From Eledone cirrhosa (Eukaryota), in assembly GCA_964016885.1 (NCBI GenBank), contig CAXHJY010001691.1, forward strand, positions 1 to 64,000: DNA of 64,000 nt, written 5' to 3'. The notes under the pieces are model-generated. The model was not told where the DNA came from. It searched no databases and saw only the letters and a program-made list of their open reading frames with translations. Position numbers and translations under genes: made by a program. Below, piece after piece: positions 22,201 to 37,200 of this stretch. The number at the start of each line of letters is the position of its first letter. The stretch's first letter is position 1.

Positions 22201-25200
22201 ATTAACTTGGATATTTACCATGCGGTATTCTAATCCTATTGTATCTCTCTCAGTTATTTACCATGCGACCCTCAGTTCCTACCCTCCCCCCCTCTCTATG
22301 CACTTCTTTAAGGCTTACTACCCTGTCTTTAACCTAATTCATTCAATCTGAAAATATTGAAGAGATAAGACACTTTCCCATTCTTCTCTGCTAAAATGTA
22401 TCACTAGAGCTGATTCCAATTTTCCCAGCCAGCCATCCATCTAATCTACGAAGGTATTTTAGCCTACATATTGTCGTTAATATTATGATGTTCCCTGCTG
22501 TATTAGCGTTAAATTTTCCCTGCTGTATTAGCGATAAATTTTCGAGGGTTTCTCTTAGTAGTTTTTTTCATGACGTTATTATTGTTAATTTTACTGATGT
22601 AGTATTAACTTATTAACTTGGATATTTACCATGCGGTATTCTAATCCTATTGTATCTCTCTCAGTTATTTACCATGCGACCCTCAGTTCCTACCCTCCCC
22701 CCCCCCCCCTCTCTATGCACTTCTTTAAGGCTTACTACCCTGTCTTTAACCTAATTCATTCAATCTGAAAATATTGAAGAGATAAGACACTTTCCCATTC
22801 TTCTCTGCTAAAATGTATCACTAGAGCTGATTCCAATTTTCCCAGCCAGCCATCCATCTAATCTACGAAGGTATTTTAGCCTACATATTGTCGTTAATAT
22901 TATGATGTTCCCTGCTGTATTAGCGTTAAATTTTCCCTGCTGTATTAGCGATAAATTTTCGAGGGTTTCTCTTAGTAGTTTTTTTCATGACGTTATTATT
23001 GTTAATTTTACTGATGTAGTATTAACTTATTAACTTGGATATTTACCATGCGGTATTCTAATCCTATTGTATCTCTCTCAGTTATTTACCATGCGACCCT
23101 CAGTTCCTACCCTCCCCCCTCTCTATGCACTTCTTTAAGGCTTACTACCCTGTCTTTAACCTAATTCTTTCAATCTGAATATATTGAAGAGATAAGACAC
23201 TTTCCCATTCTTCTCTGCTAAAATGTATCACTAGAGCTGATTCCAATTTTCCCAGCCAGCCAGCCATCTAATCTACGAAGGTATTTTAGCCTACATATTG
23301 TCGTTAATATTATGATGTTCCCTGCTGTATTAGCGTTAAATTTTCCCTGCTGTATTAGCGATAAATTTTCGAGGGTTTCTCTTAGTAGTTTTTTTCATGA
23401 CGTTATTATTGTTAATTTTACTGATGTAGTATTAACTTATTAACTTGGATATTTACCATGCGGTATTCTAATCCTATTGTATCTCTCTCAGTTATTTACC
23501 ATGCGACCCTCAGTTCCTACCCCCCCCCCCTCTCTATGCACTTCTTTAAGGCTTACTACCCTGTCTTTAACCTAATTCATTCAATCTGAAAATATTGAAG
23601 AGATAAGACACTTTCCCATTCTTCTCTGCTAAAATGTATCACTAGAGCTGATTCCAATTTTCCCAGCCAGCCATCCATCTAATCTACGAAGGTATTTTAG
23701 CCTACATATTGTCGTTAATATTATGATGTTCCCTGCTGTATTAGCGTTAAATTTTCCCTGCTGTATTAGCGATAAATTTTCGAGGGTTTCTCTTAGTAGT
23801 TTTTTTCATGACGTTATTATTGTTAATTTTACTGATGTAGTATTAACTTATTAACTTGGATATTTACCATGCGGTATTCTAATCCTATTGTATCTCTCTC
23901 AGTTATTTACCATGCGACCCTCAGTTCCTACCCTCCCCCCTCTCTATGCACTTCTTTAAGGCTTACTACCCTGTCTTTAACCTAATTCTTTCAATCTGAA
24001 TATATTGAAGAGATAAGACACTTTCCCATTCTTCTCTGCTAAAATGTATCACTAGAGCTGATTCCAATTTTCCCAGCCAGCCAGCCATCTAATCTACGAA
24101 GGTATTTTAGCCTACATATTGTCGTTAATATTATGATGTTCCCTGCTGTATTAGCGTTAAATTTTCCCTGCTGTATTAGCGATAAATTTTCGAGGGTTTC
24201 TCTTAGTAGTTTTTTTCATGACGTTATTATTGTTAATTTTACTGATGTAGTATTAACTTATTAACTTGGATATTTACCATGCGGTATTCTAATCCTATTG
24301 TATCTCTCTCAGTTATTTACCATGCGACCCTCAGTTCCTACCCCCCCCTCTCTATGCACTTCTTTAAGGCTTACTACCCTGTCTTTAACCTAATTCATTC
24401 AATCTGAAAATATTGAAGAGATAAGACACTTTCCCATTCTTCTCTGCTAAAATGTATCACTAGAGCTGATTCCAATTTTCCCAGCCAGCCATCCATCTAA
24501 TCTACGAAGGTATTTTAGCCTACATATTGTCGTTAATATTATGATGTTCCCTGCTGTATTAGCGTTAAATTTTCCCTGCTGTATTAGCGATAAATTTTCG
24601 AGGGTTTCTCTTAGTAGTTTTTTTCATGACGTTATTATTGTTAATTTTACTGATGTAGTATTAACTTATTAACTTGGATATTTACCATGCGGTATTCTAA
24701 TCCTATTGTATCTCTCTCAGTTATTTACCATGCGACCCTCAGTTCCTACCCTCCCCCCCTCTCTATGCACTTCTTTAAGGCTTACTACCCTGTCTTTAAC
24801 CTAATTCATTCAATCTGAAAATATTGAAGAGATAAGACACTTTCCCATTCTTCTCTGCTAAAATGTATCACTAGAGCTGATTCCAATTTTCCCAGCCAGC
24901 CATCCATCTAATCTACGAAGGTATTTTAGCCTACATATTGTCGTTAATATTATGATGTTCCCTGCTGTATTAGCGTTAAATTTTCCCTGCTGTATTAGCG
25001 ATAAATTTTCGAGGGTTTCTCTTAGTAGTTTTTTTCATGACGTTATTATTGTTAATTTTACTGATGTAGTATTAACTTATTAACTTGGATATTTACCATG
25101 CGGTATTCTAATCCTATTGTATCTCTCTCAGTTATTTACCATGCGACCCTCAGTTCCTACCCTCCCCCCCTCTCTATGCACTTCTTTAAGGCTTACTACC

Positions 25201-28200
25201 CTGTCTTTAACCTAATTCATTCAATCTGAAAATATTGAAGAGATAAGACACTTTCCCATTCTTCTCTGCTAAAATGTATCACTAGAGCTGATTCCAATTT
25301 TCCCAGCCAGCCATCCATCTAATCTACGAAGGTATTTTAGCCTACATATTGTCGTTAATATTATGATGTTCCCTGCTGTATTAGCGTTAAATTTTCCCTG
25401 CTGTATTAGCGATAAATTTTCGAGGGTGTCTCTTAGTAGTTTTTTTCATGACGTTATTATTGTTAATTTTACTGATGTAGTATTAACTTATTAACTTGGA
25501 TATTTACCATGCGGTATTCTAATCCTATTGTATCTCTCTCAGTTATTTACCATGCGACCCTCAGTTCCTACCCCGCCCCCTCTCTATGCACTTCTTTAAG
25601 GCTTACTACCCTGTCTTTAACCTAATTCATTCAATCTGAAAATATTGAAGAGATAAGACACTTTCCCATTCTTCTCTGCTAAACTGTATCACTAGAGCTG
25701 ATTCCAATTTTCCCAGCCAGCCATCCATCTAATCTACGAAGGTATTTTAGCCTACATATTGTCGTTAATATTATGATGTTCCCTGCTGTATTAGCGTTAA
25801 ATTTTCCCTGCTGTATTAGCGATAAATTTTCGAGGGTTTCTCTTAGTAGTTTTTTTCATGACGTTATTATTGTTAATTTTACTGATGTAGTATTAACTTA
25901 TTAACTTGGATATTTACCATGCGGTATTCTAATCCTATTGTATCTCTCTCAGTTATTTACCATGCGACCCTCAGTTCCTACCCCGCCCCCTCTCTATGCA
26001 CTTCTTTAAGGCTTACTACCCTGTCTTTAACCTAATTCATTCAATCTGAAAATATTGAAGAGATAAGACACTTTCCCATTCTTCTCTGCTAAAATGTATC
26101 ACTAGAGCTGATTCCAATTTTCCCAGCCAGCCATCCATCTAATCTACGAAGGTATTTTAGCCTACATATTGTCGTTAATATTATGATGTTCCCTGCTGTA
26201 TTAGCGTTAAATTTTCCCTGCTGTATTAGCGATAAATTTTCGAGGGTTTCTCTTAGTAGTTTTTTTCATGACGTTATTATTGTTAATTTTACTGATGTAG
26301 TATTAACTTATTAACTTGGATATTTACCATGCGGTATTCTAATCCTATTGTATCTCTCTCAGTTATTTACCATGCGACCCTCAGTTCCTACCCTCCCCCC
26401 CTCTCTATGCACTTCTTTAAGGCTTACTACCCTGTCTTTAACCTAATTCATTCAATCTGAAAATATTGAAGAGATAAGACACTTTCCCATTCTTCTCTGC
26501 TAAAATGTATCACTAGAGCTGATTCCAATTTTCCCAGCCAGCCATCCATCTAATCTACGAAGGTATTTTAGCCTACATATTGTCGTTAATATTATGATGT
26601 TCCCTGCTGTATTAGCGTTAAATTTTCCCTGCTGTATTAGCGATAAATTTTCGAGGGTTTCTCTTAGTAGTTTTTTTCATGACGTTATTATTGTTAATTT
26701 TACTGATGTAGTATTAACTTATTAACTTGGATATTTACCATGCGGTATTCTAATCCTATTGTATCTCTCTCAGTTATTTACCATGTGACCCTCAGTTCCT
26801 ACCCTCCCCCCCTCTCTATGCACTTCTTTAAGGCTTACTACCCTGTCTTTAACCTAATTCATTCAATCTGAAAATATTGAAGAGATAAGACACTTTCCCA
26901 TTCTTCTCTGCTAAAATGTATCACTAGAGCTGATTCCAATTTTCCCAGCCAGCCATCCATCTAATCTACGAAGGTATTTTAGCCTACATATTGTCGTTAA
27001 TATTATGATGTTCCCTGCTGTATTAGCGTTAAATTTTCCCTGCTGTATTAGCGATAAATTTTCGAGGGTTTCTCTTAGTAGTTTTTTTCATGACGTTATT
27101 ATTGTTAATTTTACTGATGTAGTATTAACTTATTAACTTGGATATTTACCATGCGGTATTCTAATCCTATTGTATCTCTCTCAGTTATTTACCATGCGAC
27201 CCTCAGTTCCTACCCTCCCCCCCCTCTCTATGCACTTCTTTAAGGCTTACTACCCTGTCTTTAACCTAATTCATTCAATCTGAAAATATTGAAGAGATAA
27301 GACACTTTCCCATTCTTCTCTGCTAAAATGTATCACTAGAGCTGATTCCAATTTTCCCAGCCAGCCATCCATCTAATCTACGAAGGTATTTTAGCCTACA
27401 TATTGTCGTTAATATTATGATGTTCCCTGCTGTATTAGCGTTAAATTTTCCCTGCTGTATTAGCGATAAATTTTCGAGGGTTTCTCTTAGTAGTTTTTTT
27501 CATGACGTTATTATTGTTAATTTTACTGATGTAGTATTAACTTATTAACTTGGATATTTACCATGCGGTATTCTAATCCTATTGTATCTCTCTCAGTTAT
27601 TTACCATGCGAGCCTCAGTTCCTACCCCCCCCCTCTCTATGCACTTCTTTAAGGCTTACTACCCTGTCTTTAACCTAATTCATTCAATCTGAAAATATTG
27701 AAGAGATAAGACACTTTCCCATTCTTCTCTGCTAAAATGTATCACTAGAGCTGATTCCAATTTTCCCAGCCAGCCATCCATCTAATCTACGAAGGTATTT
27801 TAGCCTACATATTGTCGTTAATATTATGATGTTCCCTGCTGTATTAGCGTTAAATTTTCCCTGCTGTATTAGCGATAAATTTTCGAGGGTTTCTCTTAGT
27901 AGTTTTTTTCATGACGTTATTATTGTTAATTTTACTGATGTAGTATTAACTTATTAACTTGGATATTTACCATGCGGTATTCTAATCCTATTGTATCTCT
28001 CTCAGTTATTTACCATGCGACCCTCAGTTCCTACCCCCCCCCCTCTCTATGCACTTCTTTAAGGCTTACTACCGTGTCTTTAACCTAATTCATTCAATCT
28101 GAAAATATTGAAGAGATAAGACACTTTCCCATTCTTCTCTGCTAAAATGTATCACTAGAGCTGATTCCAATTTTCCCAGCCAGCCATCCATCTAATCTAC

Positions 28201-31200
28201 GAAGGTATTTTAGCCTACATATTGTCGTTAATATTATGATGTTCCCTGCTGTATTAGCGTTAAATTTTCCCTGCTGTATTAGCGATAAATTTTCGAGGGT
28301 TTCTCTTAGTAGTTTTTTTCATGACGTTATTATTGTTAATTTTACTGATGTAGTATTAACTTATTAACTTGGATATTTACCATGCGGTATTCTAATGCTA
28401 TTGTATCTCTCTCAGTTATTTACCATGCGACCCTCAGTTCCTACCCTCCCCCCTCTCTATGCACTTCTTTAAGGCTTACTACAATGTCTTTAACCTAATT
28501 CATTCAATCTGAAAATATTGAAGAGATAAGACACTTTCCCATTCTTCTCTGCTAAAATGTATCACTAGAGCTGATTCCAATTTTCCCAGCCAGCCATCCA
28601 TCTAATCTACGAAGGTATTTTAGCCTACATATTGTCGTTAATATTATGATGTTCCCTGCTGTATTAGCGTTAAATTTTCCCTGCTGTATTAGCGATAAAT
28701 TTTCGAGGGTTTCTCTTAGTAGTTTTTTTCATGACGTTATTATTGTTAATTTTACTGATGTAGTATTAACTTATTAACTTGGATATTTACCATGCGGTAT
28801 TCTAATCCTATTGTATCTCTCTCAGTTATTTACCATGCGACCCTCAGTTCCTACCCCCCCCCCCCCCCTCTCTATGCACTTCTTTAAGGCTTACTACCCT
28901 GTCTTTAACCTAATTCATTCAATCTGAAAATATTGAAGAGATAAGACACTTTCCCATTCTTCTCTGCTAAAATGTATCACTAGAGCTGATTCCAATTTTC
29001 CCAGCCAGCCATCCATCTAATCTACGAAGGTATTTTAGCCTACATATTGTCGTTAATATTATGATGTTCCCTGCTGTATTAGCGTTAAATTTTCCCTGCT
29101 GTATTAGCGATAAATTTTCGAGGGTTTCTCTTAGTAGTTTTTTTCATGACGTTATTATTGTTAATTTTACTGATGTAGTATTAACTTATTAACTTGGATA
29201 TTTACCATGCGGTATTCTAATCCTATTGTATCTCTCTCAGTTATTTACCATGCGACCCTCAGTTCCTACCCTCCCCCCCCTCTCTATGCACTTCTTTAAG
29301 GCTTACTACCCTGTCTTTAACCTAATTCATTCAATCTGAAAATATTGAAGAGATAAGACACTTTCCCATTCTTCTCTGCTAAAATGTATCACTAGAGCTG
29401 ATTCCAATTTTCCCAGCCAGCCATCCATCTAATCTACGAAGGTATTTTAGCCTACATATTGTCGTTAATATTATGATGTTCCCTGCTGTATTAGCGTTAA
29501 ATTTTCCCTGCTGTATTAGCGATAAATTTTCGAGGGTTTCTCTTAGTAGTTTTTTTCATGACGTTATTATTGTTAATTTTACTGATGTAGTATTAACTTA
29601 TTAACTTGGATATTTACCATGCGGTATTCTAATCCTATTGTATCTCTCTCAGTTATTTACCATGCGACCCTCAGTTCCTACCCTCCCCCCCCCCCTCTCT
29701 ATGCACTTCTTTAAGGCTTACTACCCTGTCTTTAACCTAATTCATTCAATCTGAAAATATTGAAGAGATAAGACACTTTCCCATTCTTCTCTGCTAAAAT
29801 GTATCACTAGAGCTGATTCCAATTTTCCCAGCCAGCCATCCATCTAATCTACGAAGGTATTTTAGCCTACATATTGTCGTTAATATTATGATGTTCCCTG
29901 CTGTATTAGCGTTAAATTTTCCCTGCTGTATTAGCGATAAATTTTCGAGGGTTTCTCTTAGTTTTTTTCATGACGTTATTATTGTTAATTTTACTGATGT
30001 AGTATTAACTTATTAACTTGGATATTTACCATGCGGTATTCTAATCCTATTGTATCTCTCTCAGTTATTTACCATGCGACCCTCAGTTCCTACCCTCCCC
30101 CCCTCTTTATGCACTTCTTTAAGGCTTACTACCCTGTCTTTAACCTAATTCATTCAATCTGAAAATATTGAAGAGATAAGACACTTTCCCATTCTTCTCT
30201 GCTAAAATGTATCACTAGAGCTGATTCCAATTTTCCCAGCCAGCCATCCATCTAATCTACGAAGGTATTTTAGCCTACATATTGTCGTTAATATTATGAT
30301 GTTCCCTGCTGTATTAGCGTTAAATTTTCCCTGCTGTATTAGCGATAAATTTTCGAGGGTTTCTCTTAGTAGTTTTTTTCATGACGTTATTATTGTTAAT
30401 TTTACTGATGTAGTATTAACTTATTAACTTGGATATTTACCATGCGGTATTCTAATCCTATTGTATCTCTCTCAGTTATTTACCATGTGACCCTCAGTTC
30501 CTACCCTCCCCCCCTCTCTATGCACTTCTTTAAGGCTTACTACCCTGTCTTTAACCTAATTCATTCAATCTGAAAATATTGAAGAGATAAGACACTTTCC
30601 CATTCTTCTCTGCTAAAATGTATCACTAGAGCTGATTCCAATTTTCCCAGCCAGCCATCCATCTAATCTACGAAGGTATTTTAGCCTACATATTGTCGTT
30701 AATATTATGATGTTCCCTGCTGTATTAGCGTTAAATTTTCCCTGCTGTATTAGCGATAAATTTTCGAGGGTTTCTCTTAGTAGTTTTTTTCATGACGTTA
30801 TTATTGTTAATTTTACTGATGTAGTATTAACTTATTAACTTGGATATTTACCATGCGGTATTCTAATCCTATTGTATCTCTCTCAGTTATTTACCATGCG
30901 ACCCTCAGTTCCTACCCTCCCCCCCCTCTCTATGCACTTCTTTAAGGCTTACTACCCTGTCTTTAACCTAATTCATTCAATCTGAAAATATTGAAGAGAT
31001 AAGACACTTTCCCATTCTTCTCTGCTAAAATGTATCACTAGAGCTGATTCCAATTTTCCAGCCAGCCATCCATCTAATCTACGAAGGTATTTTAGCCTAC
31101 ATATTGTCGTTAATATTATGATGTTCCCTGCTGTATTAGCGTTAAATTTTCCCTGCTGTATTAGCGATAAATTTTCGAGGGTTTCTCTTAGTAGTTTTTT

Positions 31201-34200
31201 TCATGACGTTATTATTGTTAATTTTACTGATGTAGTATTAACTTATTAACTTGGATATTTACCATGCGGTATTCTAATCCTATTGTATCTCTCTCAGTTA
31301 TTTACCATGCGAGCCTCAGTTCCTACCCCCCCCCTCTCTATGCACTTCTTTAAGGCTTACTACCCTGTCTTTAACCTAATTCATTCAATCTGAAAATATT
31401 GAAGAGATAAGACACTTTCCCATTCTTCTCTGCTAAAATGTATCACTAGAGCTGATTCCAATTTTCCCAGCCAGCCATCCATCTAATCTACGAAGGTATT
31501 TTAGCCTACATATTGTCGTTAATATTATGATGTTCCTGCTGTATTAGCGTTAAATTTTCCCTGCTGTATTAGCGATAAATTTTCGAGGGTTTCTCTTAGT
31601 AGTTTTTTTCATGACGTTATTATTGTTAATTTTACTGATGTAGTATTAACTTATTAACTTGAATATTTACCATGCGGAATTCTAATCCTATTGTATCTCT
31701 CTCAGTTATTTACCATGCGACCCTCAGTTCCTACCCTCCCCCCCTCTCTATGCACTTCTTTAAGGCTTACTACCCTGTCTTTAACCTAATTCATTCAATC
31801 TGAAAATATTGAAGAGATAAGACACTTTCCCATTCTTCTCTGCTAAAATGTATCACTAGAGCTGATTCCAATTTTCCCAGCCAGCCATCCATCTAATCTA
31901 CGAAGGTATTTTAGCCTACATATTGTCGTTAATATTATGATGTTCCCTGCTGTATTAGCCGTTAAATTTTCCCTGCTGTATTAGCGATAAATTTTCGAGG
32001 TTTCTCTTAGTAGTTTTTTCATGACGTTATTATTGTTAATTTTACTGATGTAGTATTAACTTATTAACTTGGATATTTACCATGCGGTATTCTAATCCTA
32101 TTGTATCTCTCTCAGTTATTTACCATGCGACCCTCAGTTCCTACCCCGCCCCCTCTCTATGCACTTCTTTAAGGCTTACTACCCTGTCTTTAACCTAATT
32201 CATTCAATCTGAAAATATTGAAGAGATAAGACACTTTCCCATTCTTCTCTGCTAAAATGTATCACTAGAGCTGATTCCAATTTTCCCAGCCAGCCATCCA
32301 TCTAATCTACGAAGGTATTTTAGCCTACATATTGTCGTTAATATTATGATGTTCCCTGCTGTATTAGCAGCGTTAAATTTTCCCTGCTGTATTAGCGATA
32401 AATTTTCGAGGGTTTCTCTTAGTAGTTTTTTTCATGACGTTATTATTGTTAATTTTACTGATGTAGTATTAACTTATTAACTTGGATATTTACCATGCGG
32501 TATTCTAATCCTATTGTATCTCTCTCAGTTATTTACCATGCGACCCTCAGTTCCTACCCCCCCCCCCTCTCTATGCACTTCTTTAAGGCTTACTACCCTG
32601 TCTTTAACCTAATTCATTCAATCTGAAAATATTGAAGAGATAAGACACTTTCCCATTCTTCTCTGCTAAAATGTATCACTAGAGCTGATTCCAATTTTCC
32701 CAGCCAGCCATCCATCTAATCTACGAAGGTATTTTAGCCTACATATTGTCGTTAATATTATGATGTTCCCTGCTGTATTAGCGTTAAATTTTCCCTGCTG
32801 TATTAGCGATAAATTTTCGAGGGTTTCTCTTAGTAGTTTTTTTCATGACGTTATTATTGTTAATTTTACTGATGTAGTATTAACTTATTAACTTGGATAT
32901 TTACCATGCGGTATTCTAATCCTATTGTATCTCTCTCAGTTATTTACCATGCGACCCTCAGTTCCTACCCTCCCCCCCCCCTCTCTATGCACTTCTTTAA
33001 GGCTTACTACCCTGTCTTTAACCTAATTCATTCAATCTGAAAATATTGAAGAGATAAGACACTTTCCCATTCTTCTCTGCTAAAATGTATCACTAGAGCT
33101 GATTCCAATTTTCCCAGCCAGCCATCCATCTAATCTACGAAGGTATTTTAGCCTACATATTGTCGTTAATATTATGATGTTCCCTGCTGTATTAGCGTTA
33201 AATTTTCCCTGCTGTATTAGCGATAAATTTTCGAGGGTTTCTCTTAGTAGTTTTTTTCATGACGTTATTATTGTTAATTTTACTGATGTAGTATTAACTT
33301 ATTAACTTGGATATTTACCATGCGGTATTCTAATCCTATTGTATCTCTCTCAGTTATTTACCATGCGACCCTCAGTTCCTACCCTCCCCCCCCCTCTCTA
33401 TGCACTTCTTTAAGGCTTACTACCCTGTCTTTAACCTAATTCATTCAATCTGAAAATATTGAAGAGATAAGACACTTTCCCATTCTTCTCTGCTAAAATG
33501 TATCACTAGAGCTGATTCCAATTTTCCCAGCCAGCCATCCATCTAATCTACGAAGGTATTTTAGCCTACATATTGTCGTTAATATTATGATGTTCCCTGC
33601 TGTATTAGCGTTAAATTTTCCCTGCTGTATTAGCGATAAATTTTCGAGGGTTTCTCTTAGTAGTTTTTTTCATGACGTTATTATTGTTAATTTTACTGAT
33701 GTAGTATTAACTTATTAACTTGGATATTTACCATGCGGTATTCTAATCCTATTGTATCTCTCTCAGTTATTTACCATGCGAGCCTCAGTTCCTACCCCCC
33801 CCCCTCTCTATGCACTTCTTTAAGGCTTACTACCCTGTCTTTAACCTAATTCATTCAATCTGAAAATATTGAAGAGATAAGACACTTTCCCATTCTTCTC
33901 TGCTAAAATGTATCACTAGAGCTGATTCCAATTTTCCCAGCCAGCCATCCATCTAATCTACGAAGGTATTTTAGCCTACATATTGTCGTTAATATTATGA
34001 TGTTCCCTGCTGTATTAGCGTTAAATTTTCCCTGCTGTATTAGCGATAAATTTTCGAGGGTTTCTCTTAGTAGTTTTTTTCATGACGTTATTATTGTTAA
34101 TTTTACTGATGTAGTATTAACTTATTAACTTGGATATTTACCATGCGGTATTCTAATCCTATTGTATCTCTCTCAGTTATTTACCATGCGACCCTCAGTT

Positions 34201-37200
34201 CCTACCCCCCCCCCTCTCTATGCACTTCTTTAAGGCTTACTACCCTGTCTTTAACCTAATTCATTCAATCTGAAAATATTGAAGAGATAAGACACTTTCC
34301 CATTCTTCTCTGCTAAAATGTATCACTAGAGCTGATTCCAATTTTCCCAGCCAGCCATCCATCTAATCTACGAAGGTATTTTAGCCTACATATTGTCGTT
34401 AATATTATGATGTTCCCTGCTGTATTAGCGTTAAATTTTCCCTGCTGTATTAGCGATAAATTTTCGAGGGTTTCTCTTAGTAGTTTTTTTCATGACGTTA
34501 TTATTGTTAATTTTACTGATGTAGTATTAACTTATTAACTTGGATATTTACCATGCGGTATTCTAATGCTATTGTATCTCTCTCAGTTATTTACCATGCG
34601 ACCCTCAGTTCCTACCCTCCCCCCTCTCTATGCACTTCTTTAAGGCTTACTACCCTGTCTTTAACCTAATTCATTCAATCTGAAAATATTGAAGAGATAA
34701 GACACTTTCCCATTCTTCTCTGCTAAAATGTATCACTAGAGCTGATTCCAATTTTCCCAGCCAGCCATCCATCTAATCTACGAAGGTATTTTAGCCTACA
34801 TATTGTCGTTAATATTATGATGTTCCCTGCTGTATTAGCGTTAAATTTTCCCTGCTGTATTAGCGATAAATTTTCGAGGGTTTCTCTTAGTAGTTTTTTT
34901 CATGACGTTATTATTGTTAATTTTACTGATGTAGTATTAACTTATTAACTTGGATATTTACCATGCGGAATTCTAATCCTATTGTATCTCTCTCAGTTAT
35001 TTACCATGCGACCCTCAGTTCCTACCCTCCCCCCCTCTCTATGCACTTCTTTAAGGCTTACTACCCTGTCTTTAACCTAATTCATTCAATCTGAAAATAT
35101 TGAAGAGATAAGACACTTTCCCATTCTTCTCTGCTAAAATGTATCACTAGAGCTGATTCCAATTTTCCCAGCCAGCCATCCATCTAATCTACGAAGGTAT
35201 TTTAGCCTACATATTGTCGTTAATATTATGATGTTCCCTGCTGTATTAGCGTTAAATTTTCCCTGCTGTATTAGCGATAAATTTTCGAGGGTTTCTCTTA
35301 GTAGTTTTTTTCATGACGTTATTATTGTTAATTTTACTGATGTAGTATTAACTTATTAACTTGGATATTTACCATGCGGAATTCTAATCCTATTGTATCT
35401 CTCTCAGTTATTTACCATGCGACCCTCAGTTCCTACCCTCCCCCCCCCCTCTCTATGCACTTCTTTAAGGCTTACTACCCTGTCTTTAACCTAATTCATT
35501 CAATCTGAAAATATTGAAGAGATAAGACACTTTCCCATTCTTCTCTGCTAAAATGTATCACTAGAGCTGATTCCAATTTTCCCAGCCAGCCATCCATCTA
35601 ATCTACGAAGGTATTTTAGCCTACATATTGTCGTTAATATTATGATGTTCCCTGCTGTATTAGCGTTAAATTTTCCCTGCTGTATTAGCGATAAATTTTC
35701 GAGGGTTTCTCTTAGTAGTTTTTTTCATGACGTTATTATTGTTAATTTTACTGATGTAGTATTAACTTATTAACTTGGATATTTACCATGCGGTATTCTA
35801 ATCCTATTGTATCTCTCTCAGTTATTTACCATGCGACCCTCAGTTCCTACCCCCCCCCCCCTCTCTATGCACTTCTTTAAGGCTTACTACCCTGTCTTTA
35901 ACCTAATTCATTCAATCTGAAAATATTGAAGAGATAAGACACTTTCCCATTCTTCTCTGCTAAAATGTATCACTAGAGCTGATTCCAATTTTCCCAGCCA
36001 GCCATCCATCTAATCTACGAAGGTATTTTAGCCTACATATTGTCGTTAATATTATGATGTTCCCTGCTGTATTAGCGTTAAATTTTCCCTGCTGTATTAG
36101 CGATAAATTTTCGAGGGTTTCTCTTAGTAGTTTTTTTCATGACGTTATTATTGTTAATTTTACTGATGTAGTATTAACTTATTAACTTGGATATTTACCA
36201 TGCGGTATTCTAATCCTATTGTATCTCTCTCAGTTATTTACCATGCGACCCTCAGTTCCTACCCTCCCCCCCCCTCTCTATGCACTTCTTTAAGGCTTAC
36301 TACCCTGTCTTTAACCTAATTCATTCAATCTGAAAATATTGAAGAGATAAGACACTTTCCCATTCTTCTCTGCTAAAATGTATCACTAGAGCTGATTCCA
36401 ATTTTCCCAGCCAGCCATCCATCTAATCTACGAAGGTATTTTAGCCTACATATTGTCGTTAATATTATGATGTTCCCTGCTGTATTAGCGTTAAATTTTC
36501 CCTGCTGTATTAGCGATAAATTTTCGAGGGTTTCTCTTAGTAGTTTTTTTCATGACGTTATTATTGTTAATTTTACTGATGTAGTATTAACTTATTAACT
36601 TGGATATTTACCATGCGGTATTCTAATCCTATTGTATCTCTCTCAGTTATTTACCATGCGACCCTCAGTTCCTACCCTCCCCCCCCTCTCTATGCACTTC
36701 TTTAAGGCTTACTACCCTGTCTTTAACCTAATTCATTCAATCTGAAAATATTGAAGAGATAAGACACTTTCCCATTCTTCTCTGCTAAAATGTATCACTA
36801 GAGCTGATTCCAATTTTCCCAGCCAGCCATCCATCTAATCTACGAAGGTATTTTAGCCTACATATTGTCGTTAATATTATGATGTTCCCTGCTGTATTAG
36901 CGTTAAATTTTCCCTGCTGTATTAGCGATAAATTTTCGAGGGTTTCTCTTAGTAGTTTTTTTCATGACGTTATTATTGTTAATTTTACTGATGTAGTATT
37001 AACTTATTAACTTGGATATTTACCATGCGGTATTCTAATCCTATTGTATCTCTCTCAGTTATTTACCATGCGAGCCTCAGTTCCTACCCCCCCCCCCTCT
37101 CTATGCACTTCTTTAAGGCTTACTACCCTGTCTTTAACCTAATTCATTCAATCTGAAAATATTGAAGAGATAAGACACTTTCCCATTCTTCTCTGCTAAA

